The notes beneath the pieces are model-generated. The model was given only the letters and a program-made list of their open reading frames with translations. It did no database searches and had not been told where the DNA came from. From Stylophora pistillata (lineage: Eukaryota), in the NCBI RefSeq assembly GCF_002571385.2, contig NW_019217851.1:346971-410970 (forward strand): a stretch of 64,000 nt of DNA, in the 5' to 3' direction. A program made the position numbers and the translations under genes. Within the stretch, counting starts at the first letter, position 1, and every line of letters starts with the position of its first letter. This document shows, one piece after another, positions 1-11,900 of this stretch.

Positions 1-150
1 GCACGCGGGAGATTGCTAAGCACTCAAGAAGCTAGATTCGCTCTCGACTATCGCCTCGAGCGACTCTTACGCTTCTGTCGTGCTTAGCAACCTCCCGCGT
101 GCATCCATAACTCAATAGTGTACGCTGTGGTGTTTACCATTTGTTAATTT
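1..150. mobile_element. Fold-back (palindromic) repeat end, truncated by the window edge
   Basis: gcacgcgggagattgctaagcac (1-23) is nearly the reverse complement of gtgcttagcaacctcccgcgtgc (80-102). Confidence 0.6.
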
Positions 151-1421
151 ATATCGAGGGGTAAAAGACTAAAAGGTTTTCCTGAGGAGCTGAAAACAAT
201 CTGAGTGACTTCTAACCAACTATGCAATTAGCGACAACTGGATAAAAACAGATAAAATTCTTGCAAGTTAATGAGTCCGATTTGAAATTGTGAAAACGAA
301 ACGTTCTGCAGATTAAATTATCAGTTGAAAGACACAAGGATAAATTTCAAGAACTAAATTATGCTGATCTCATTTAAAACCTAATTTCAAGACCCTTCTT
401 AACTGATAAAAATCGTCATTATTGCCTTTGATGTGTTAACCATATTACCAGACTTAAACAATGAACAACATGTAAAATCGATATAAGAAAAAATAATTAA
501 CAGATACTTCAAGTCACGAAAAATCCCAGCTTTGCGTATAGCCTGAGATATAAACTACCAAATGAAATCAAAGAAGCAGCTCTTCATATGAGGAAAGTAA
601 GAAAACAATATTACCTCGCTATACACTGTAAAATATTGGGGAAAAAAAATCTAGAAGCTTGTTTTTTGATCATATCCCAATGTTAATTTGCGCAATATAA
701 ATATTAAATTATCCTTTTTGTTCAATTGTCTATTACTTTATAATTTCCAAGGTTTATGATTCTCTTTCACTGGTTTGTTAGTTAGTATCTCGTGCCTATT
801 TAGGATACTTTTCATTGGATTATTGTGTCAGTATCTCGCACACTTTTACAATTCACTATCACTGACTTGTTACGTAAGTATTTCGCACATTTTTAGGATT
901 CCCTTTGATTGGATTGTTACGTTAGCATCTCGCACACTTTAAGGTATCAGTTTCGTCGGATTGTTACGTTAGTATCTCGCGCCCTTTTATGTTTCTCTTC
1001 CATTGGACTGTTACGTTAGAATTGTGCGCACTTTTGGGATTCCCTTTCATAGAATAGTTATGTTAGTATCTCGCGCACTTTTACGGCTCTCTTGCATTGA
1101 ATTGTTACGTTAGTATCTCGCGCACTTTTACGATTCTCTTTCATTGGACTGCTACGTTTGCAGCTCATGCTTTTATGATTCTTTTTCATTAAATTTTGGA
1201 TGAGTATCTCGCATTCTACTTTGATTGGATTGTTACTGTAGTATCTGGCGCACTTTTAGGAGTCTCTCATTGGATTGTTAAGTTTGTATCTCGCACACTG
1301 TTAGAATTTTCTTTCATTAGATAGTTATCACACGCTTTTTTCGATTTTCTCTTTCTATGCCTTGCTTTTCCTGCCTGAGTATAAGTGCGCATGAAATAAA
1401 GCCGGTTAGGTAACAAATAAC

Positions 1422-1480
1422 ACCGACAACAGTCATTCTCAGGACTACACTCGCCCGGACGATCAGACTACACCTTCACA
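1422..1480 (+). mobile_element. 59-bp retroelement-end fragment with 11-bp target-site duplication
   Basis: taacaaataac flanks both sides (1411-1421 and 1481-1491). Confidence 0.7.
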
Positions 1481-1490
1481 TAACAAATAA

Positions 1491-1581
1491 CTTATTAGAC
1501 GTTTTGGTGTGTAGTATTGCTGAATACGGCACAAATTATCAAAAATACTCAGCGATACTACACACTAAAATGTTTAATAAG
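1491..1581. mobile_element. Small fold-back MITE-like element
   Basis: ttattagacgttttggtgtgtagtattgctga pairs imperfectly with tcagcgatactacacactaaaatgtttaataa. Confidence 0.6.
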
Positions 1582-2956
1582 ATATATATCTCACGCTCTC
1601 ATAAGATTTTCCTTGTTTCGATTGTTGCGTTAGTATCACGCACACTTTGAAGATTCTCTTCCATTCGATTATGTTAATAACTCACGATCTTTAAGGATTC
1701 TCTTTCCTTCGATTGGCTTTGATATTTTGTACACTTTTAGGATAAGTTACGTTGGTATTTTGCGCACTTATGGATTTTCTTTCATTTGATTGTTTCGTTA
1801 GTATCTCGTGCACCTGTACGATTCTCTTTCACTAAATTGTTACGTCAGCATCTCGCGCCCTTTTCAGATTCTCTCTCATCTTGTTCAATGATTGTTACGT
1901 TAGTATCGCTTATTTTTAGTATTCTCCAACTCTCCATTGTTACGCCAGTATCCTAGGATTCTCTTTTATTGGATTGTTGCCTTAGTATCTTGCGCACATT
2001 TAAGATTCTCTTTCATTGGACTGTTATGTTAGTATCTCGCGCACTTATAGGATTTTCTTTCATTAGATTGTTACCTAACGTTTTTTTTGTCTCGAGCTTT
2101 AATCTTTAATCGAGATACTCCTAAAACAGTAATAATTATACTAGGAGGACTAATTACAAAGAATAAATTTAAATAATTTATATACAGTTTACGGTTTAAC
2201 AATATAAGATTAAACAAAACTTGGATAAAACAAAGCTTGGATAAAACAAAATAATATAAATAGCGTAAAGATAAAATTAGTACGAGATAAACCGACCTAA
2301 TAAATGAAAGAGCATTTTAAGATTGACTTACATTCGGTTGCTACGTAAGTATCTCGCGTCCTTTTAGGATTCTCTTTCATTCGATTGTTAACTATGTAAT
2401 CTCGTACACTTTAGCGACCTCTTTCATTGGGTTGTTATGTTAGTATCTCGCACACTTTCAGTCTAGTGTGCTCCAGGTATCTCTTTCATTAGGTTGTTAT
2501 GTTAGTATCTCGCACACTTTCAGTCTAGCGTGCTCCAGGTATCTCTTTCATTGGGTCGTTATGTTAGTATCTCGCACACTTTCAGTCTAGTGTGCTCTTT
2601 CATTGGGTTGTTATGTTAGTGTCTCGCACACCTTCAGTCTAGTGTGCTCCAGGTATCTCTTTCATTGGATTGGAGAGATTTAGCACCGTCGGAGAATAAG
2701 CGAATAAAGTGATAGTTTTCTTTCTCCAAAACTTTTAATGTATGAATGACTGCTTAAAACCCACGCGTTTCTTATACAACTCTCGCAAGCGTAAAATATA
2801 CATACAGGTGCTTTTACCCAGCATCGCAGGGATTTGATGAAATATCAACCGGGTCAACGGCGACTAAAAACAAACAAACGAATGAATTGGCTATATTTAC
2901 AGTCACATTGCTATAAGATGTTCTGTCAACACCATAAAAAATAAGTCTTGGATGTA

Positions 2957-5900
2957 CTATTCATTAAGCTGACACAAGAGAGCTGTCCCCTTCTCAATCC
3001 AGAAGTCTGAAGGAAGGTCTGTAGGAAGATATACCGCCACCACAAAATTTGTCGAGTGACCTGCAATAGAAAAGACGTTTTCAATCAATGTCTTAAGTCC
3101 CCTCTTAGTACTTGCTCGCGCAAACGCTTTTTCTTGGTATGTTCCTACCTGTGGTGGAAAGAACACCAGCTCGAGCAGATGTCTTGTACAGCGGAGATGT
3201 ATAACGTGAGGGATCTGGTGTGTAGTTCATGCGAGGTTCCATGTGGAGAATAGGGCACGGCTAAAAAAAAACACAACAGGGAATGTAACCGTAAGTATAT
3301 CAGTCTTCCTTGTTGCACCCCGAGCAGAAAACTTTTGCAACCAGTATTGATAAATACTGGTTTGATAAATATTGTATTGAGTAAATTGATAAATACTGGT
3401 TTGATAAATATTGTATTGAGTAAATTGATAAATACAGTATTGATAAATACTTACAGGGTTCATCTCGCCATCCAACGCGTCTCCTAGCATCATTTTTTCA
3501 TCATCCCAGCGAGCGGCGTCTATGAATAAACCGTGTACCAATACTCCGTCCTCCGGAGATTCTATCTCTTCATCCATCGGTAGCGTGTCATCTGGGCCAA
3601 GTTTAGCGCGCGCCTCACTGACTTCCTCTTGGCTGCGATAGTTAGGGAGAACGTTGTAATGGAATGACAGCTGGTCAATTGGTTGATTGTACTTGCGGGC
3701 GTGGTTTTGAAGTGTTCCGGTCAGGAAACCTGGCAAAATCACCAATATATATTACGAAACTTCTTCAAGCAACACCAGCAAGATTGTCAGCGATTAGAAA
3801 CTAAGCTTAATTATTTATAAGCACATTTTAACTTAATTTATCTGAATCGTCAAATGCCAGGTGAGTGACACTTTGGAGACTTGGAAAATTCCTAATACGT
3901 CACCGCGCGGTTTTAAGCCACTCGACATCATGCTTACTTTCACTTTAAACCGCTTTGTGCATGAATCACAATCGGAGTATCACCGATGGCATTTAGTAAC
4001 GATTTGCCTAAAACATCTCAATAAAGACTCCAGAGAGGAATGAAAATAAGAAATACGCAACGAGTCAAAGCACTCACCCTGAGGATAGAAAAAACCGGAA
4101 ATCCAAAACGATTTGGGTGCTCCTTGTTCGATCCATTGCTAGAAGGATAGAAATAAATCGCCTATCGGTCAAATTGAGAAGAAACTCAACCAGACTTTAG
4201 TATCTAGACAGTTTAGTTGAATTACCTCAAGAAGTAAAAGCAAAAACAAAAAACTAACTCTTAGCAAACAGTTTACCTATCTCGCAGTTCAACTCTAAAA
4301 TGTTGGACTGAAGAAAAAGATTAAATGAAAAATACAGGCACACGTTCTCCTCAAAATAAAAAGATGACTTACTTCAATAAACATGCATCTGAGAAGCAAA
4401 TCCTTCACCCACGAACCAAGAGGTTTCAATGATGGATAAGCAGCATTCGCCCACATTGTTGGAACCTTAAAAACACGAATTGTACTGTTATCTAAAGAAA
4501 GGACATGTGAACAACAGTCATTACATCCTTAGACAGACTGACATCTTTTAAGATGTTAAAACTCGTACGGGGCGTCCTCAGAGTGACTAACAACTACTTT
4601 CTCTATTGCAATACCACCCCTGAATCTTTCATTTAGGTCACAAAATAAAGTAAATTGTCACCAACCAAAGAAGCTCTTAATTGTTAAACATATTCTCCTT
4701 GTCAGTAGATTAGGAAATGTAGAGAGAACAGTACGGAGAATATGCATATTCATATAAGGGTATAAAGGGTTAATAAACAAAAGAGGGGGACGAAAACGGG
4801 AGAAATCCAACCTAAGTTACCTGATTGTTCAAAAAGTTTGTGTAAACTTTGTCCAACTCCAGTGACATCACTACCAAACCTTTAATGGCTTTCTGAAGCT
4901 GTTGTAAAGAAGTCTGAAAACAAAAAAGATATCAAACATTACATTCACACTTTGAAGTTTTACAGCAGAGGGGTACAACACTGAGCTAGCACTTGGATGT
5001 ATCAAATGGTCATTTTTGAAACACTGTCATCTAAATCCACAAAAAGAAACCGAAAAAAACACACTCAGTACCTCTTGGAGTAGCCTGCTCTCAGACAAGC
5101 GCCAGCTACCACACATAATCAATATTGTTTGAGTATAGACTCGGGTAAATAACGAAGGAGTTATTAAGTTACCTTGATAACTTTCAAAAGAGAGTTAAAA
5201 CGATCCACTTCCTGTCCAAGCACAGTGGTGAGTGAATTCACTCGACCTTTTGCATCAGTCTGAAATGTAACAATGAGAAAATTAACAAGGGAAAGACGAC
5301 TAAGAATAAAGACAACTGCAGCATAAATAGCATCGTACCAAAAACAAAAACATCCGGTTTAGTTTTACTTTATTCTTTGTTCCAAGCTCCTTTTCCATGA
5401 CTATATCAATATAAAAAAGCATTAGAAAACAAAATGGCTTTTTGAGCTCCCATATAACGATACAGCAAGGTAAGATTAACATCCGACTGGTTTGAATTCT
5501 TACTTCAAATATGGCTTTATCTGCTTTTTCCATGTCCAACAGAACTGGCAGCTTAGAGAGGATGCTTTCAGCTAGTTCATAAACAATCTCGTCGCTTGTT
5601 TTACCGCTCCCTCCACTGGCCAAACGAGGCTGTACCTCTAATACTGCAGTAATCAGGGCATTGGTCTCTTGAGTCTGTAAAGTAATATGTAATCAGTAAG
5701 TGGTTTCAACGTTTAAGAATTTCTTCCCTCTGTGGAGATTAACACCCCCAGCATGGGAAGCTAGACCAGGATTCCCTAACAGTTTGAAAATTTCATTTTA
5801 TACCGCTCCCTCAGGGTCAAGAGAGGCACTGTGAAAGTAAAATATCTTTTCCAAGAACACAACACAATGATCCAGCCATACATCGAACCCAGGCCTTTTG

Positions 5901-8900
5901 ATATAAAGCGAAGTGCGTTAAACACCAGGCCACCCCGTGTAACTCCCAAGGGGGGAGGGGGAGGGGGAAGGGAAGGGGGAGGGAAAGGGAGAGCAGCAAT
6001 TCTCATGGTCATGCTCCTGCCATCTAAGCCACATCGCTCCTGTCCGGGCTTTTTTCTGTTTTGAACATTAAAAAAATGGAGATTAAGTTCATCGGTTCAA
6101 AGCTACATTAGTCTTACGAGTAAATGAACTGGAGCCGGACAGACGAAACAATCTTTTACCTGGACCACTACGTCTTAAAATGGTCGAGAAAATGCATAAA
6201 GCTAAACCAAAGAAGAATAATTTTGTTCTTACCTGAAAAGCGATATTGGCATTGTTGTGCATTCCAAACACCTCAGGTTCATCAGCGATAGGCAGACTGT
6301 CGATGTAATCTCTGTACTCCGGTAAACTGTCATATCCAGGGGGAAAGTAGATACCTGATGATGTCATACATGACTGGTATTATTAGTCAGACATCACCTA
6401 ACTTATGAGAGAAGCTTAACGAACCAAAGATTTGTTTTGAGATCTTATTATGATGTTATCATAACGGCCTGGGCCGTGTGACTTATTATTCATTAGCAGT
6501 AACTTCTTCGCATCATGATAACATAATTCACGATTGGTGTTACGCTGTCTTGCAGTACCTGATTTAGAAAACTTGTACCCATCTTCCAGTATTGCTGGCG
6601 AAAAGAATCTTCCGAGGATTGTGGTCAAACACCGCTGATCCCAAGCATCGGTGACTCGGCCTCCATAGGTTATCTAGGAATAGATAAAATTTATCTTGTC
6701 AAGTTTTCTTAACTGTTGCCGGGTGGAAAAAGGGAGAGGTATGGTGAAAGTTGGAGTATTTAACTATTCGCACAGTAAATGCGCTCTCTCAATCCATGTT
6801 CTATAGAGATAATATAAACGAAGAGAATAAGCTAATAGCCATACTAAAGAGAAGGCATGTAAGCAAGTGAGTGTCATTTTGGAATCTGGAAAGAAAAGAG
6901 AACGGATTTAAAGAGAAGCGAAAAGAAAATATGTCCTAGACTTCCTCCCCTTCCTCATCCCTGTTCCTCTCCACACCCCTGTTCCTCTCCCCTCCACACC
7001 CCTGTTCCTCTCCCCTCCCCTGTTGCCCTCCATACCCCTTGTTCCTCTCCCCTGTTCCCCTCCACATCCCTGTTCCTCTCCCCTCCCCTGCTCCCCTCCA
7101 CACCCCTGTTCCTCTCCCATCCCCTATTCTCTTCCCCATCCCTGTTCCTCTCCTCACCCCTGTTCCCCTCCACACCCCTGTTCCTCCCCCTCCCCTGTTC
7201 CTCTGCACACCCCAGTTCCTCTCCACTCCCCTGGTTCCCCTCCACACCCCTGTTCCTCTCTCCTCATGTTTTTCTCCACACCCCTGTTCCTCTCCCCTCC
7301 CCCATTCTCCTCCCCATCCCTGTTCCTCTCCTTACTGGTACTTTCCATGCAGATGTGTTCCAATCACCCCAGTCCTCTTTCAGTCCACAAGCTATCTACT
7401 GAGCTAAGCAATGAATAGGTTACCTCTCCTGTGATGAAGGTCAGCGCATCCCATGGAATCTGTCCTTCTGCTAAGAACATCTTTAAATTGTCTAGTGCTG
7501 ATTCGCGATCAGAGTCGTTGAACTCGTACTAATGATGAAAGTGTTGACAGTAAAAGTTAAAGCGGAAATGCAAAACCAGAAGGTATCCAAACTATTTCAC
7601 GACTAAAGGGTCTCTGACGTAGTAACTCTCATAAGGAACCTAAGGTTTTTGCATTAATAACAGGAAAAACTCATCGTAATATTCAAAATTTAGAATCAAG
7701 TCGCTTACTAGTTTAAGGAACGGTTACACCACTCACCTTGATGTTCCAACCGAGTGGACCAAACTTCTTTCTTTCCTGAATGATGGCATGAAAGAAACAA
7801 ATTCCGAACACCAGCTTTCTCCACGTCACACCAAGAACTACAAGTTAAAAGCAGACTTCAAAAACAAAGTCGCACATCACTCAAGAAAAAAAAGACCCGA
7901 GAAAGTCCCATTGAGAAGTAGCTTGAAGTTAAAAAAGAACCTCTGAGTAGTTTGCATCAGTGTGATTTGCGTGAAGTGGAGCGAAAGGGACACAGCAAGG
8001 TTAAACACCCGAATTAAATCTACAGTAACTGGCCAGCGATGACCCATTTATTCTCATCTGCACGAATGCGAAGAATGATAAATGTGGCTGATCACGTAGC
8101 CATAGCAAATGATTGAAGAGCCATACTGATATAACAACTTAGCTGAAGAAATAAAACTTCCGCTGTATCACAGCACTAATGACGAAAGTAAAGGAGGTAG
8201 CTCTTACTATGGTTTTCAAAGGAGTCAGAGCTGAGCTCTCCAAACGCTCTCTTGACATTGGCTCGAAGTCCCTTCGGGGGTTCATTCGTCACTTTGACGC
8301 TGTTCTGTAAAACCGTTACAGGAAAACTTTTTGTTGGCATGGAGCTCAAAAACAACCGGAAGTCCTCGTGTACTTCCGCCTCTGGTGTCGACAAATTCTT
8401 TATAAGGGTTTCCATTGCCAACATCCACGAGGCAGCGAGATGACAATTCTAGAAAAATAAAACGACAAGTATAAGAAGAAACCAATGAAAGCTACACGAC
8501 AAAAAACACTCGAAGGAGAACAATAAGGGAGAAATAGAGGGAGCCTTTCTAGATCTGCTTAAATTGTTCCAAAACCAGACCAAGTCCAACCGATTAAGTC
8601 ACGATAGTGAAAAAAACTTTTACCTGTAGGAAGATCCAGTCTCCTGTCTTTGTTGCGTTAGCGATCATTTTCTCTGCTACAGGCCCTTGTCCTTGACCCA
8701 ACGAAATTGCCTGTACCCTAGATAGAAAGTGCACATATATGTATACCAATATTAGAGGCTAACCTTATAGACCCCTTCAGTTCATCTCTTAGAGGTCATT
8801 CATGACCAATCACCTCTAAACCATTTGAATTGCTAAAGTAATAAAACAAAGAGATGCGATTTTACCTTTCGCTGTAACTCATGTCCCTCGCAAATCTGAG

Positions 8901-11900
8901 GAAGGCGTTCATTGGATCGGAGCCAGTAGAGAGAATGAATATGAGAGGCGTGGTTGGCCCTACATCAGAATACAGAGTATTGAGGTCTATAGACGGACTC
9001 TCCACAAATGTCTTGCCAAGGTTCTCACAAACGAAATCCACAGCAGCAAACACCACCTACGGAATAATTACACAAAACGCCAAAAATTGTCATTAAAATG
9101 AACTCGCCATGGCGCTGCTTATCTTAGCAGCTAAAAAACAATTTGTCGTTAACGCGATACTCAACAAAGGAGGAGAAAGCTACGGACAACGAACATTTTC
9201 ATTTTTTTTCCAAACAGGGTTGGGAATATTTTTTTTGCAGCACACAAAAGAAAGACGTTTACCTTCTCTTCTCTGAATGATTTGATAAATACCAATTTCT
9301 GGAAACTTGAGAGGCGATCAACTAGACTAGACTGTTCCTCTGCCTCTTCAGTGGCTTCTGTGCTTTCGCTTGTCGCTGTTGATCGACCGTCACTGTCCTC
9401 TTTACTCGCCGTTAACAGTGGAGAGTTTGCGCATGCCTGGTGCAAGGGAGAAAAATTGTCTACCCATGAACACGTGATCCATTGGCGGGAAATGTATCAT
9501 ATGTTCAGATTTAAGAAAATATTTTCCTGAACATTTTCAATCCCGGAAGAAGTAATCCGGCAATAGTTTGCTATAGGGATAGTGGCGTGGTAGTTAACGG
9601 CCTGGGCCTAGTTGTATATACGACGGATAAATCGCTAGCCAGTGGATAAGTGATAGCAAAATGCATAGCGTTATCCACCGGATGGAGATTTATCCAGTGC
9701 ATAGCGTTATCCACTGGATGGAGATTTATCCAGTGCATAGCGTTATCCACTGGATGGAGATTTATCCAGTGCATAGCGTTATCCACCGGATGGAGATTTA
9801 TCCAGTGCATAGCGTTATCCACCGGATGGAGATTTATCCAGTGCATAGCGTTATCCACCGGATGGAGATTTATCCAGTGCATAGCTAGCGTTATCCGACC
9901 TTCAAACTACCGGGGCCTGGTTGGTTAAAAAGAAGCAGGAAGGTTAACATCAGGATTTCAAAGGCAATCTTTACCTCAACTGAGCCGATCTTGACTATGA
10001 CAGGCTTGCTGACTATTTCCTGTTTCAAGCCACCAAACGCTGGAAGGGAATCCTAAAAGAAAGCCATTACATAGCAAAAGAAAAAGGTAAGTTAGCACAA
10101 ATAAAAGATCTGGTAACACTGGTCACAGGCTAAAGAAATGTCCCATAAATTTCATTCCAAGTTTACCGTTTCACAAAAGCTTTACATTTTCATCCCTCCC
10201 CGGTATATCACGAACTCGTCTAACTTGGCTTCCTGGCTGAGTTAGTAAAATCGCTACCTCTGTATCCCACAACAACTTGACAACAACTTTGATAGTGTAC
10301 ATAACTCTCACGATCTCATGTTTGTCAGAAACAATTCGTTTTCATCGCGTAAACTGTGATGTTCCTTTGCTTCGTAACATGATTTAGACTGTTTGTTTGG
10401 GTACTTTGAACAAGTTGTAACACTGCTAAAGCCAGGTATAGTTTTGGCCTCTAAAGGTATTTCAAACACACCTCTAAATCACAGCATGTGTTCCAGGTTT
10501 GTTCTGTTAGCCAGGCAATATCGGGCTTTGGTGGACGTTCCTGTGACGGACGATATAAACAATGTCATTTTGATTAAGAACTACTATTGTTACGAGAACT
10601 GTTTGAACATGCAAAATGTACTAGAACTGCACACACGAGTTCCCTGACAAGTGTCTTTGCCTTACCTTGTCCAAGCTTCCACTTCCTCTGAGGAAAAAAT
10701 TCCATTCGTTGTCTGATATGTCTTCTCTTTGACGCATAATCTCACCACATAACATGAACGAGAACACAAGCTTGTCTTTTTCAAACAGACCCCTGAAACA
10801 CAAAGGAACACCGGTAAGACAACCTTAGATATCAGACGTGTTGTGAAATCTATCTCATAGAGAGTTCCTATTTTCATTTTCCACCCCAAGAGCAACTTAG
10901 CAAAGACTAGCGGGTAAAATTACTCAAGGTTGTATTAACGGGTGTAAAAAGCCTTGGGGGTGGGTGCTTTTTCCTCGGTAATCGAAGAAGGAAGATTGAA
11001 AGCCGGTTATGGAAAACCCAAAACACGCAAATTTTCTGCGCAAATGATTCCAAATAAATCAACAGTGTAAGGTCCTTCTTTTAATAAAACCCAGGATTTT
11101 GACAGTAATTAGAAAAGGCTAAAAAGAGAGATTTAGCGTAACTGAGAGAGCGCCGCACTACCACAAAAGGCGAAGGTTGGGGCATTAGCCCCAGTTTAGA
11201 GCAACTGCTTCAATCTTCCTGAAAACCTTACAGGCCTTTTATAAGAAGAAGCACTCTTACCGTGCCACGTTGGTGTAAACAGAACTAGTGCAATTAGCCA
11301 GCAGAATTTGAAGTCTCTTGTCCAAGTCATCTGTCTTCTCGCTGTTCTCGATGCAAGTATTGAACAGCTTTAAGAAAAATAAACAAATAGATACAATTCA
11401 TTTCTTTAATCAAAAATCAAACTAGCAAAACTGACATCTACTAAAATATCTATAGACGCACATATTATACCTGCTTAAAGTATTTGAGGGAGTACTGGTA
11501 CATAGTGTCCACCTCGGCCATGCTCGCCACCACAAAGTACATGACAGAGCCGCGTGTAGCTACTGGGCGGTACTTCTCGCGCGCCGTTGTTATCTTCTCC
11601 TCAGTCATCTCCGCCTCTTTCAGCCGAGTACTAATCACTCCTGAAGTGACCTGGTGAGAAGGCGAAAAGGATGAGATAAATAACCTGACAAAACCGCTGT
11701 CATAAAATGATAACTGGAGCTAAGGTAGTTATGCGCTCTTACCTTGGATTCATTGAGAGTGTTGATAAGCACTTCGTCATCGAGAATATTCCCTTCAGAG
11801 TGAAACAACAATTTAAGGATTCTGTCCTCGATGGCCTTCAGTTGGTTTTTGTCGGAGTTTATTCGCACAATCAGCTGATTTCTCTGATCTTCTAGATCTG

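Larger units (their letters stand above)
740..2670. repeat. Degenerate 47-bp tandem array, interrupted twice and ending in a 62-bp variant unit
   Basis: Consensus about gattctctttcattggattgttacgttagtatctcgcgcacttttac. Period 47 (e.g. 1063 vs 1110) and period 62 (2441, 2503, 2565). Interruptions at about 1330-1600 and 2080-2330. Confidence 0.9.

Noticed and set aside
740-2670. Repeat-spacer array
   Set aside because: The whole 47-bp unit is repeated with scattered divergence; there are no unique spacers.
6908-7418. Gly/Arg/Glu- or Pro-rich protein ORFs
   Set aside because: These are translations of a minisatellite that is open in most frames.
9663-9884. CRISPR-like 36-bp repeats
   Set aside because: Units are head-to-tail with no spacers, there are no cas genes, and they lie in a eukaryotic intron.
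9571-9928. Repetitive ORFs ([12 protein letters not shown] and others)
   Set aside because: Artefact of a 36-bp unit length divisible by 3.
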